IMG/VR virus record: IMGVR_UViG_2660238349_000014
DNA: 35,039 bases
Strand: one strand, 5' to 3'
Source of the DNA: a virus
Taxonomy: Duplodnaviria; Heunggongvirae; Uroviricota; Caudoviricetes
Below, piece after piece: positions 17,958 to 26,969 of the stretch. The position numbers were made by a program, and so were the translations under genes. The stretch's first letter is position 1. Each line of letters begins with the position of its first letter. Under the pieces are notes generated by a model. That model did not search any database. It had not been told where the DNA came from and saw nothing but the letters and a program-made list of their open reading frames with translations.

Positions 17958-18806
17958 TTATCCTCTCAGTTCCTGTTGTGCCAGTGGCTGAAGCGTACCC
18001 TGATAGCGGGCCAGGTCGGGACGGTATGCTGCCCCCGGTGCATAAGACCAGCCGACGTCGGTGGTCACCTTCGTGGTGCCGGTATTAAAGGTGGCCACGT
18101 TCCGCATTTCGCCGGTTTTCTCTGAGACCAGTTTCAGTTCCTGGCCCATGGCAGAGCCGGAGCTGATAACCTTCAGGCCACGGGCACGTACATCCGCCGC
18201 ACTCAGGGCAATCACACTACAGCGGCAGCGCCAGCCGTTCGGCGGGTAAAATGCCTGCCAGAACGGGTCATCCCAGCGCAGCACCAGACCATGCAGCGCC
18301 AGATGGCTCCTGCGGGTATGGCTGTCGTTGATGCCGGTATACATCCAGTACGGCCTGTCGTCGACGTTTTCCATCTGTTCCGCCCAACGACCGGCGCTGT
18401 AGAGTACGGACATATTGGTGCGAAAGATGGTATCGAGCCGCCACGGNCTGCCCTGCTGAATGGTGACCGGCTCACCCGTTACCGGGTCAGTCGTGTCACG
18501 TGGTCCCCACCATCCCTTACGCTTCAGCACCGGCTCCAGCTCCTGCCGGAACCAGCGATCGGTTTTTCCTTCATCGACAGCCTGCTGCAGTGCCCCGCGA
18601 ATATCTTCCAGGATATCCAGGCGGGTCACTTTAGCNACGGTAAAGGCGCGGGCATGGGCCTCCTGCCACATTTCTTCCCAGTCCCAGGTAATCTGATACC
18701 CTTTGGACTTCAGGTAGNTGATTGCCCGCTTCGGGGGAAGCGTCATGCAGTACGCCAGTTCAGCCGTTGTCACGCTCATGCAGACGCCCCCAGATATTTG
18801 NCACAA
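17958..18806 (-). CDS. head morphogenesis protein (Mu F-like)
   Basis: 282 aa. The annotated 5' end overlaps the portal gene by 47 bp, so the true start is probably an internal Met (near 18779 or 18746). Confidence 0.6.
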   Translation of the reverse strand: MXQISGGVCMSVTTAELAYCMTLPPKRAIXYLKSKGYQITWDWEEMWQEAHARAFTXAKVTRLDILEDIRGALQQAVDEGKTDRWFRQELEPVLKRKGWWGPRDTTDPVTGEPVTIQQGXPWRLDTIFRTNMSVLYSAGRWAEQMENVDDRPYWMYTGINDSHTRRSHLALHGLVLRWDDPFWQAFYPPNGWRCRCSVIALSAADVRARGLKVISSGSAMGQELKLVSEKTGEMRNVATFNTGTTKVTTDVGWSYAPGAAYRPDLARYQGTLQPLAQQELRG

Positions 18807-20256
18807 AGAGAATGCGGGCCAGCCGNTCCTGCAGATCGTCCGTGTTCATCTGAGGGTAGAGCTCCGCCAGTTCGCCCAGCAGCTCAGACGGGTTAACCCC
18901 ATTTTCGACCCGCCTGAACAGAGGTGCCAGGACGGGTTCCAGCGTGCCATTTAACGCGCCTCCGTTCATCAGAATGTCCAGCGCGTCGTCAAGCTGCTGC
19001 TGAGCCTGAATATCAGCATCAATCGCCTCGGCAAATGACAGCGGCAGCATGTTATTCTGGCGTTCCGACGGTGGTGTCTCGTCAATATCGCCGTCCTGCA
19101 GTTGGTACTCACGCTTGAAGTACTGCGGGGTCAGACGCAGACCCGCCCGGGTGAGTTTTTCGTCGCGGGTGGCACGGGTGTCATCAATGGCCTCCTGTTC
19201 CCACATGGCCCAGACCGGACACGGCACATCGCCGAAGTTCAGGGTGACCACCGTTCTGATGACCTGATTCACTGCCGCCTGAATGATGTCCGCATCCGCA
19301 TCGCGGATATCAGCCGTTACCTCCAGCCCGGCCTGTGCAGAGGCCTTGTTACTGTTCGCTTCCGTGGTCTGATTCTGACCGAGTAATGCAATGGAGATCT
19401 CACTGCGTGACAGTGTGATCAGCTCGCGAAATACCTCGCTGCTGTCTGCCTTGCCATCCGCTGCCCTGAGCTCAATACTGCTGTCATCGGGGATGGCGGC
19501 CACCGCGTCCTCCACCATCTGCTCCATGGAGTCCAGCAGTTTTTCAATCTCTGCATCATTTGCGCCCCTCGGGTGCTTACCGATCACCCACGGGGAGCCA
19601 AACTTTTCGGCAAAGCGGAGCCAGAATTTCATCCCGCCTTTCTTGAAGGCGACCGGCCAGAAGCACATGGACAGGTCCGGGAAACCGTAAGGATTGTCAT
19701 ACGAGGCATCCTGTGCCGGCACCACGAATTTTGACGGTGACAGCAGCTCACCCTCCACACCCGCATCACGCGCCCGGAAGCGCAGGCAGTTGTCCGTATC
19801 AAACTGAAACCACTCAGGCGGTTTGCCGACAATATCCGTCACCGCCCACGACCTGACCGAACGGCCCCACATGATTTCACAGGGCTGATACCCGTAGAGC
19901 ACGGCATCGCTCATTTCACCGATGATGCGGGACAGATCCAGATCGTCGAGCATGTCGCGGATGAAACGGAAGACCCGGGCAGAGGCGTGACCACGCTCCA
20001 GTCCACGCTCCAGCGATTTGAGCGCTGCTTTACGTCTGCGGATACAGCCCCCGACCAGCGGGTCGGTGCGCAGTTCGCGGTAGATACGGATATCCCGTCC
20101 CTGAGCCTTGAGAATGGGATCAGGATTGGGCAGATACATGCCCAGTCCGTAAAAGTCGATCGCGCGGCTGCGGGAGGCAATCTGCGCGGTCAGTGATTTC
20201 TGAGGCTCAGAAAAAGCAACAAATTCATCGGGTGAAACCCAGATACCCCTCGCCAT
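18760..20256 (-). CDS. portal protein (Mu gp29-like)
   Basis: 498 aa, directly downstream of the large terminase with overlapping stop/start. Confidence 0.7.
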   Translation of the reverse strand: MARGIWVSPDEFVAFSEPQKSLTAQIASRSRAIDFYGLGMYLPNPDPILKAQGRDIRIYRELRTDPLVGGCIRRRKAALKSLERGLERGHASARVFRFIRDMLDDLDLSRIIGEMSDAVLYGYQPCEIMWGRSVRSWAVTDIVGKPPEWFQFDTDNCLRFRARDAGVEGELLSPSKFVVPAQDASYDNPYGFPDLSMCFWPVAFKKGGMKFWLRFAEKFGSPWVIGKHPRGANDAEIEKLLDSMEQMVEDAVAAIPDDSSIELRAADGKADSSEVFRELITLSRSEISIALLGQNQTTEANSNKASAQAGLEVTADIRDADADIIQAAVNQVIRTVVTLNFGDVPCPVWAMWEQEAIDDTRATRDEKLTRAGLRLTPQYFKREYQLQDGDIDETPPSERQNNMLPLSFAEAIDADIQAQQQLDDALDILMNGGALNGTLEPVLAPLFRRVENGVNPSELLGELAELYPQMNTDDLQXRLARILFVXNIWGRLHERDNG

Positions 20257-21851
20257 CAGAATCCCTCCAGCATACGGGCCGCCTGACGACGACGGCGTGA
20301 GCTTGCCTTCACCGGCCCTTTGTTAATTTCACGGCTGGCGAAATACGCCAGCGCCAGTGCGATGGCTGAATCCCCGTGGCGTTTACCACCNTCAGCCTTT
20401 GCTTTTGAGCGTTGCTCCGGNACGCGGGGGACACCGTTCACCACCTGAACGGCCCGCAGGTCATCCAGTGTGTCTTCATCCTTTGGTAAGTCCACCAGGT
20501 TACCGTCTTCCAGTGCAGCTTTGACCGGAGGCATATGCTCCCGGTACCAGCCTTCGGTTGGCATCACCTGCTGAACCCGGCTGGAGCCGTAGCGCTGCAT
20601 GGCGTATTCAGCCAGATAGGCACCATTACCACGGGCATCAAACGCTGCACCCAGCAGACCGGGCAGGCCATCCATCAGATACCAGGTGATTTGCTCCTGC
20701 TGTCTGAACGGCACGTTACGCAGCTCCAGTACGAATGGCACGCGTCGTACCAGGTTCTTCTCCTGCAGCAGGGGATAGTCCACCGACAAATCACCGCTAC
20801 GGCCAAAGTCGCGCCCCAGGAAAGAGCGGGCATCAGTGGGGAGTGCCTCCAGCAAGGGTTTCAGATACTCATCAAGCCAGTCCTGCGTCTCGCGGAAGCG
20901 AACCTCATCAGACAGCAGTTCATAACCTTCCTTGCAGGTCAGACGCAATACCGGCGTATCAGCGGACATGCGGGACTCTATCAGGGCACGGGACAGCCAG
21001 GCACCGCCACCGTTGGCCGGAATACAGTCAAGCTCTTCGGATGCGCCGGCACCGTAGAATTTGTACACCGATGCCATCCAGGCTTGCTCGGATGCCTCCG
21101 ACCATTCCTTCCCGGTGCGCAGACAGACGCGCCGGAACAGCCCCTCAGATACGGCTTCCCGGAAAGTGATGCGATGTATGCTGCCTCCCTGACGTCCGGC
21201 ACGGATATCCCCGATAAGCGTATTGAACGGATTGTCGTCACCGTCATGGGTGGAGATAACGCGTACCTTTCCCCCCCAGATAAGCATCGCCAGCGCCGCT
21301 TTCAGCAGTTCGTCCAGTTGCTCATGGAACGCCGCTTCGTCGATAACAATAATACCCTGACGGCCACGCAGGTTAGACGGGCGGCTGGAGAGCGCAACAA
21401 TACGAAAGCCGGAGTCAGGAAATTTGATGGTGTAAGTCTTGATGTGTTTGTCGTCGTCGTCCTCTTCCCAGAATCCTTCTTCAATTTCACTGGCCGCATA
21501 GTTGAATGCCCGTGCCCACATCGCACACGCCTGAATGTATTCGACGGTCATGTCCTGGTTATAAGCGATGTAATACACATTCATCCCGCCTGCTGGCGCA
21601 GAAGAGGCGGCGGTCAGTACGTTATCGGATGCCTCAGCCCATGTAATACCGGTACGACGGCTCTTTTCTATCACCTTAAGCGGAGAGGTGTCTGCCACCC
21701 AGCGCTGCTGGTAAGGCAACAGAACGGGAGGGGCATCCAGCGCCGAGGTATCAGGCAAAACGGGAGCAAGGTTATTCCTCCCGTCCATGGGACTCATCCC
21801 TTCGGGGCCGCCGCCAGCGGCGTTTAAAATCACTCCGGATGATTTTGTCAT
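20256..21851 (-). CDS. terminase large subunit (Mu gp28-like)
   Basis: 531 aa, between the small terminase-like gene and the portal. Confidence 0.75.
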   Translation of the reverse strand: MTKSSGVILNAAGGGPEGMSPMDGRNNLAPVLPDTSALDAPPVLLPYQQRWVADTSPLKVIEKSRRTGITWAEASDNVLTAASSAPAGGMNVYYIAYNQDMTVEYIQACAMWARAFNYAASEIEEGFWEEDDDDKHIKTYTIKFPDSGFRIVALSSRPSNLRGRQGIIVIDEAAFHEQLDELLKAALAMLIWGGKVRVISTHDGDDNPFNTLIGDIRAGRQGGSIHRITFREAVSEGLFRRVCLRTGKEWSEASEQAWMASVYKFYGAGASEELDCIPANGGGAWLSRALIESRMSADTPVLRLTCKEGYELLSDEVRFRETQDWLDEYLKPLLEALPTDARSFLGRDFGRSGDLSVDYPLLQEKNLVRRVPFVLELRNVPFRQQEQITWYLMDGLPGLLGAAFDARGNGAYLAEYAMQRYGSSRVQQVMPTEGWYREHMPPVKAALEDGNLVDLPKDEDTLDDLRAVQVVNGVPRXPEQRSKAKAXGGKRHGDSAIALALAYFASREINKGPVKASSRRRRQAARMLEGF

Positions 21852-22393
21852 GTGGCAATCCCCAGAATCTCGCGACGAAGCGCCTGTACTGCGTCGCTTG
21901 ACAGTCCCCCCTTACGGGCAATTTTCTCGGCGTTGCTGGCTGCCTGCTGCGCTCTGGCCCGTACTTCAGACTGGAACTTTTTGAGGTTGACGGACGCGCG
22001 GGACAGCGTAGCCACATTCTTCGCCACCTTCGACAGCAGGGCCACGCGTTCTTTAGGATCGACTTCGCCTTCTTCCGCCTCCTGCAACTGGACAATACTC
22101 TCGAACAGCTCGGTCTGAATAAGGGCTATCACAGCCTCCGAACGCGCATCCTGATCGTCTGCTGCGCCTTCGGTCAGCATGCGGGCCGCTTCTGTTGCCG
22201 CACGGATAGCACCATAGCGGCGCTCAATCTTCTGTCCATAGCGATGGATAGCGGATTTGCTGATGACGTACCCCCGCTCACGCAGCAGGGACTCCAGCTC
22301 GTTATACCCGCTGAAGCCGGATTCAGTCAGCGCCCGTTCAAGCCAGCGGCGCACGTCTTCCGGCAGCTTTTCTATTGTGCTGCGTCTGGCCAT
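21848..22393 (-). CDS. terminase small subunit-like protein (Mu gp27-like)
   Basis: 181 aa, helical and charged, 4-bp overlap with the large terminase start. Confidence 0.55.
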   Translation of the reverse strand: MARRSTIEKLPEDVRRWLERALTESGFSGYNELESLLRERGYVISKSAIHRYGQKIERRYGAIRAATEAARMLTEGAADDQDARSEAVIALIQTELFESIVQLQEAEEGEVDPKERVALLSKVAKNVATLSRASVNLKKFQSEVRARAQQAASNAEKIARKGGLSSDAVQALRREILGIAT

Positions 22394-22704
22394 TATTCAC
22401 TCCAGTACTTTTCCGGGCGGGCAATACCCGGACCACATTCCACGGTGTATTCCACCAGGTCTACGCCGAGGCGGGTCAGGTCAGCAAACCAGTCGCCAGA
22501 AGGTTTTTTCTCCAGATCAACCATTTTACGGTCAGCCAGATAATCCAGTTCGCGGCGCAGTTCCAGCGGTGTGGTGTCCGGGTAGATGGCACGGGACACA
22601 TCCAGCAGCAGCGTCTCGCTGGCGGTGTAAGGGCGGGTCTTGTTCAGGGCAACCAGCAGACTCCAGCGCAGGGATTCGCGGCGTACCCGGGTAATATCGA
22701 CCAT
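22393..22704 (-). CDS. hypothetical protein (Mu gp26 position)
   Basis: 103 aa, coupled to both neighbours. Confidence 0.4.
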   Translation of the reverse strand: MVDITRVRRESLRWSLLVALNKTRPYTASETLLLDVSRAIYPDTTPLELRRELDYLADRKMVDLEKKPSGDWFADLTRLGVDLVEYTVECGPGIARPEKYWSE

Positions 22705-23030
22705 TATTGACCTCCGGTATTGCGGTACTGCTGTACCACTTCCAGTTTGTTATAAAGCGCGTCCAGTTTGGCCTCAATGACTGTCTGGCCACGGATATAA
22801 TCCTCTCGACGGACATAATTCAGCGGTAAATCCGCTTTAAATCGCATAAATTCTTTTTCCAGCTCGCCCCAGTTGGAGGCGGATTGTTGCAGGGCCTGTT
22901 CAAGGGAGGCGAATCGTGCCGCCTGGCGTTCTTCTGTTTTACTGAACAACCATTTGGCGAGCCCTCCCACAAACCCCATGAAGGTGAGCAGAAAACTCAC
23001 CACCGTCCAGAATTCAACCTGCAGTGTCAT
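22704..23030 (-). CDS. membrane-anchored protein (Mu gp25 position)
   Basis: 108 aa with an N-terminal hydrophobic helix (FWTVVSFLLTFMGFVGGLAKWLF) followed by a charged helical region. Confidence 0.45.
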   Translation of the reverse strand: MTLQVEFWTVVSFLLTFMGFVGGLAKWLFSKTEERQAARFASLEQALQQSASNWGELEKEFMRFKADLPLNYVRREDYIRGQTVIEAKLDALYNKLEVVQQYRNTGGQ

Positions 23031-23677
23031 TTCTGTAATCCTTCCCGTTCATCCAGTAACGCGTTTATCTGGTTCCGCCAGCGACGACATTGTCCTGCGT
23101 TGTCGATGATGTTGGCGAGAACGTCACGCTGGGAGACACCCGAATCGCGTAACCGGGTGTCAGTGGTTTCAGGTTGCCCGGTCGCTGTGCCAGAGCGGGT
23201 GCCAGCGGCGGCAACTGAGTCTGAATGACCGGTGTCGACGGATGCGTTGTCATATCCGAGTGCGGCGTTGTACTGGCGCACGAAACCGCGAGTAAACACG
23301 CACTCAATGGGATGGCTCTTACCTTTTTCATCAATCCAGCGCTGTGTGACATCGTTAATTTGCCCCTGTAGTTGTTTATTCCGGCTCTCCAGTTGAGCAA
23401 TCTGCTCAAGATAACCGGCTTCAGCCCGCTGCCCGGCGGCCACCTGCTCCTGATACCGTCTGGCCCAGGCCCGCAGCGCAGCATTCTCAAGCGTTGCCTG
23501 CTCCGTTTTGTACGNGTCAAATGCTGACTGCAACTGACTGAGCGCGGTATCACCGTCACGCTTTGCAGAGTCATGACCACTTCTGTATCCCATGGCATAC
23601 AGGCCGACCAGAAAGGCATTGATAAGAATGGCCAGCAGAATGCCGCGCCACGGCAGCTTTTTAANCAGATGCCACAC
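23027..23677 (-). CDS. i-spanin (Rz-like)
   Basis: Start set to GTG at 23677, preceded by GGGGAGG. N-terminal TM helix (WRGILLAILINAFLVGLYAM) then a Gln/Ala/Glu-rich coiled region. Immediately after the endolysin. Confidence 0.55.
   Translation of the reverse strand: MWHLXKKLPWRGILLAILINAFLVGLYAMGYRSGHDSAKRDGDTALSQLQSAFDXYKTEQATLENAALRAWARRYQEQVAAGQRAEAGYLEQIAQLESRNKQLQGQINDVTQRWIDEKGKSHPIECVFTRGFVRQYNAALGYDNASVDTGHSDSVAAAGTRSGTATGQPETTDTRLRDSGVSQRDVLANIIDNAGQCRRWRNQINALLDEREGLQK
23065..23331 (-). CDS. o-spanin (Rz1-like), embedded in the i-spanin gene in another frame
   Basis: 88 aa: MKKVRAIPLSACLLAVSC... lipoprotein-type signal with a lipobox-like AVSC, then a proline-rich mature region. 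Confidence 0.5.
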   Translation of the reverse strand: MKKVRAIPLSACLLAVSCASTTPHSDMTTHPSTPVIQTQLPPLAPALAQRPGNLKPLTPGYAIRVSPSVTFSPTSSTTQDNVVAGGTR

Positions 23678-24401
23678 AACTGCTGCCTCCCCATGTGAGA
23701 TATCGCGGTGCCAGTTCGCGCAGGATGCGCTGCGGATAATGGCGGTTCTCCCGCCAGCTGGCCGCATTGCGTCCGGCATTCACCGTGGCGACATGTCCGA
23801 ACCAGCGGGTGCTGTCCAGCCCCTGCTGCGAGGCCAGCCGTTTGTCCCGCTGTACCCAGCCCAGACCACCGTTATAGCCTGACAGCGTCATGGCCATACG
23901 CTCGCAGTCACTGGCGGCGCTGACGCGTTGCCACAGCCAGCGGTCATAGCTGACCAGCGCCCGGATGGCCCACGCCGGATTAAACGGTTCACGGCTGTTA
24001 AGCCCCGGCATCAGCTGACTTATCCAGTCAGCGGTGGTGGGCATAAACTGCGCCAGTCCCTGAGCGCCAGCCGGCGAGACCGCATCAGGTCGCCAGCCGC
24101 TTTCCTGATGCAGCTGCGCGGCGAAGTCGGCCACCGGCGCAGACAGTCCCCATTCAAGCCGGGCATTACGGATCACATCATCGCGATACTGCAGCGCAAC
24201 CTGCGGAGGCTGCGCTGCGCATGCCTGGCTGAAAAAGCCGCCACACCAGAGCAACATTGCGACAAAGAATACCCATGCCATATGAACCAGAAAGGTCCCG
24301 GCGCGGACTGACAGGCGTTCGGTTCTGATGAAGACCCGAAAGGCTTCGAAAGCCAGTTTCAGGGACATGCATACAATCCAGGTGATCTGCGGCCAGTTCA
24401 T
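23661..24401 (-). CDS. endolysin, lytic transglycosylase (SLT domain) with N-terminal signal or SAR sequence
   Basis: SLT-type motif QESGWRPDAVSPAGAQGLAQFMPTTA. Hydrophobic N-terminal segment MAWVFFVAMLLWCGGFF. True start may be that internal Met. Confidence 0.75.
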   Translation of the reverse strand: MNWPQITWIVCMSLKLAFEAFRVFIRTERLSVRAGTFLVHMAWVFFVAMLLWCGGFFSQACAAQPPQVALQYRDDVIRNARLEWGLSAPVADFAAQLHQESGWRPDAVSPAGAQGLAQFMPTTADWISQLMPGLNSREPFNPAWAIRALVSYDRWLWQRVSAASDCERMAMTLSGYNGGLGWVQRDKRLASQQGLDSTRWFGHVATVNAGRNAASWRENRHYPQRILRELAPRYLTWGGSSCVASX

Positions 24402-24403
24402 GA

Positions 24404-24753
24404 TTAAAGCCCCATCGCAACAGCCAGACAGACAGCTGCAACAATCAGTGCACGGCGGATTAACGCAGCAGAAAATACAAGGTGAAGGCCGGTCTGCACA
24501 GGGAAACGCCCTTCAGCCATCAGCCTGTCNTCATGTTTCAGGTACTGACCGGGACGGGCTTTGGGGAAGAGCGAACGGTCAAGCCAGTANCCCAGCACTG
24601 CTGCCAGCGTGATGAGTGCCAGCTTGTAGATCACAACAGGCAACTGCTGTGGCGAGACCAGAGCGATGNTGCCCAGCAACAGCACTGAGGTCAGCAGCCA
24701 GCCGCTGAGGCGAGGTTTTTTAACAGGGGGAATGAATTTTTTCAGGTTTTTCA
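24404..24753 (-). CDS. holin (putative, three TM helices)
   Basis: Start trimmed to the ATG at 24753, preceded by GAGGAGA. 116 aa with three hydrophobic helices, immediately upstream of the endolysin. Confidence 0.55.
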
Positions 24754-24868
24754 TGTGTGTCTCCTCGTTTGGTGGAGACAGCATCACAAATGTGGCGGGA
24801 TACGGATTTTAAACAGCGTTAATAGTGAAGATGTAAACGTGCACTGCATGATGGCTTTGAAAGAACGA

Positions 24869-24896
24869 CCAGCCCGGTACCCGAACACCGGGCTGG
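24869..24896. other. GC-rich hairpin in the late-operon / methyltransferase intergenic region
   Basis: CCAGCCCGGT, 8-nt loop, ACCGGGCTGG: a perfect 10-bp stem. No clear U-tract on the plus side, weak T-rich run on the minus side. Confidence 0.4.
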
Positions 24897-25001
24897 CCAT
24901 CGCCCCACAGGAATGCGCTGTGAGCCGACCAAGGTTCAGTCAGTCTCGCGAGACCAGACTAGCCTGCCATATTTTTTATAATTGTAAAAGGCTTACAGAT
25001 T

Positions 25002-25772
25002 ATGAAAATGCAGACATTACCCATCGTTCCATGGATTGGTGGCAAACGCCGCCTTGCAAAACACATCCTGCCGCTGTTTCCGGCGCATGAATGTTATGTG
25101 GAGCCGTTTTGTGGGGCAGCAGCGCTCTATTTTCTTAAGGTACCCGGCAAGATCGAAGTCATTAATGATATCAACGGTGAGCTGGTGAACCTGTATCGGG
25201 TGGTAAAACATCATCTGGAAGAATTTGTACGCCAGTTCAAATGGGCGCTGGTCAGCCGGCAGATCTACAAATGGCTGCAGATCACCCCGGAAGAAACACT
25301 GACGGATATCCAGCGTGCAGCACGGTTCTACTACCTTCAGAAGCAGGCGTTTGGGGGCAAGGTGGCGGAGCACAGCTTTGGTACCTCCACCATATCCCCG
25401 CCACGCTTCAACCTGCTGCGTATTGAAGAAGAACTGTCAGCGGCACACCTGCGGCTTTCCAGAACGGTCATAGAACACATGGACTGGCAACAGTGCATAG
25501 AACGATATGATCGCCCGCATACGTTGTTCTACTGTGACCCTCCATACTGGGGAACGGAAGGTTATGGTGTGGAGTTCGGACTAGAAAATTATGATCATAT
25601 GGCAGATTTAGCACGCAGGATCAAAGGGAAGATGATTATATCGGTGAACGATATCCCGGAAATGCGGCAGGCATTCAACGGTCTAAATATTCAGTCGGTT
25701 GATATCAGCTACAACCTCAAGATCACTGGCAAATCCAGTCGCAAGAAGGAACTCATTATCCTCAACTTTTGA
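25002..25772 (+). CDS. DNA adenine methyltransferase (Dam-type), no restriction partner visible
   Basis: 256 aa with a glycine-rich SAM-binding motif (PFCGAAALYF) and the catalytic DPPY motif (FYCDPPYWG). Confidence 0.8.
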   Translation: MKMQTLPIVPWIGGKRRLAKHILPLFPAHECYVEPFCGAAALYFLKVPGKIEVINDINGELVNLYRVVKHHLEEFVRQFKWALVSRQIYKWLQITPEETLTDIQRAARFYYLQKQAFGGKVAEHSFGTSTISPPRFNLLRIEEELSAAHLRLSRTVIEHMDWQQCIERYDRPHTLFYCDPPYWGTEGYGVEFGLENYDHMADLARRIKGKMIISVNDIPEMRQAFNGLNIQSVDISYNLKITGKSSRKKELIILNF

Positions 25773-26967
25773 CCGAATAGTAAGACTTCATGCAGTGAAT
25801 CAAGTACTGCATGAAGTCAAGGGCTGGTTTTGTGTACCAAAAATAAACAGTGATAGCGGTAATAATTCCCATAACTAGAACACCACGTATAATCCAGAAC
25901 GTACGTTTCTGCGTGTCTAGTCGCGCAGAAATACTGCTAAATACACCAGCCACGTCATCTTTAATGAAGGAATATTCCTTATTAATCTGTTTTTCTTTGT
26001 ATTCAATTTCTTCGCCTAAGGCCTTTATAGATTGCATCTGGTTCGAAAGTGCCAGCCAGATTAACGTTGCAGCAAAAATGCATCCCAGAAGAATTATTGT
26101 GTTTGTTATCCCTTGGCCTGACCATTTCGTAGCCACTTTGAATTGGGTAGCTACGATAACAGAGGCAACAGGAATGCCAAGTATATGGTTCTGGATATCT
26201 GAAAACGCTTTGTGGATTTTACCCATTTCTTCGACTTTTGCAGCACGCAGTTGATCCATTACTTTGTCATAAGAGAATCCAGAAGAGTAGATACGATACC
26301 CTTTCAGAAACTTTTCATGCAGACGCTGAATATTGTCCAGTAAATAAGCGAATACTAGAGGTGAATCAATTCCATCACTAACTGCTTGAATACTTTCAAT
26401 CAGAATATCTAGCTTCTGATCCTTATGGGTATCATCATTGAAACAAGCTATAAGGTTATCAAGATACTCCCTTTGCAAATTTTGTACATTTTCTGCAGCG
26501 AAGTGCGGTAATAGCTTGATAACTTCTTTTTTCAGAAAAACTAACTGACAAGTTGAGTTATCAAAGTAGGCCGCGGCCTCTTTTAGCAGGTTAACGAACT
26601 CGAGAATCTTCCGGTAGTTGCTGATGAAAACGGGGATATCTTCATCATCATTACGAAATTTTGTTTCTAGGATGAAGTAATTAGCTGGCTCAAGGCACTG
26701 ATGCTTTGGAGCATTTAGCAATTTTTCATGGGTGGAAAACACAAGTCCCAGTCCACTCCGTGGTGACGTCACACGTAGGATGATCGTGTTACCTGGAGCG
26801 ATAGTGCCTGTATCAATAGAAAGACCATATTCACGAGGATCATCAAGCAAAGTATCAACCAGATCACAATCGGACTGATCTAAGAGCAACAGCGAACCGA
26901 CACGAAACCCCTCTTGGAATTCCATACGACGATACAGAGCTGTCAGCATCTCAAATGAAATCGCCAC
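25762..26967 (-). CDS. membrane protein with a large cytoplasmic N-domain and two C-terminal TM helices; partner of the NdpA-like gene
   Basis: 401 aa. Hydrophobic helices ITNTIILLGCIFAATLIWLALS and TFWIIRGVLVMGIITAITVYFWY. GTG start 2 bp after the upstream stop. AT-richer than the phage backbone. Confidence 0.6.
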   Translation of the reverse strand: MAISFEMLTALYRRMEFQEGFRVGSLLLLDQSDCDLVDTLLDDPREYGLSIDTGTIAPGNTIILRVTSPRSGLGLVFSTHEKLLNAPKHQCLEPANYFILETKFRNDDEDIPVFISNYRKILEFVNLLKEAAAYFDNSTCQLVFLKKEVIKLLPHFAAENVQNLQREYLDNLIACFNDDTHKDQKLDILIESIQAVSDGIDSPLVFAYLLDNIQRLHEKFLKGYRIYSSGFSYDKVMDQLRAAKVEEMGKIHKAFSDIQNHILGIPVASVIVATQFKVATKWSGQGITNTIILLGCIFAATLIWLALSNQMQSIKALGEEIEYKEKQINKEYSFIKDDVAGVFSSISARLDTQKRTFWIIRGVLVMGIITAITVYFWYTKPALDFMQYLIHCMKSYYSVKS

Positions 26968-26969
26968 GA

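Noticed and set aside
20535-21827. 430-aa plus-strand ORF opposite the large terminase gene
   Set aside because: Entirely antisense to a well-supported terminase ORF. Low-complexity, Arg/Gly/Pro-rich translation typical of a reverse-frame artefact.
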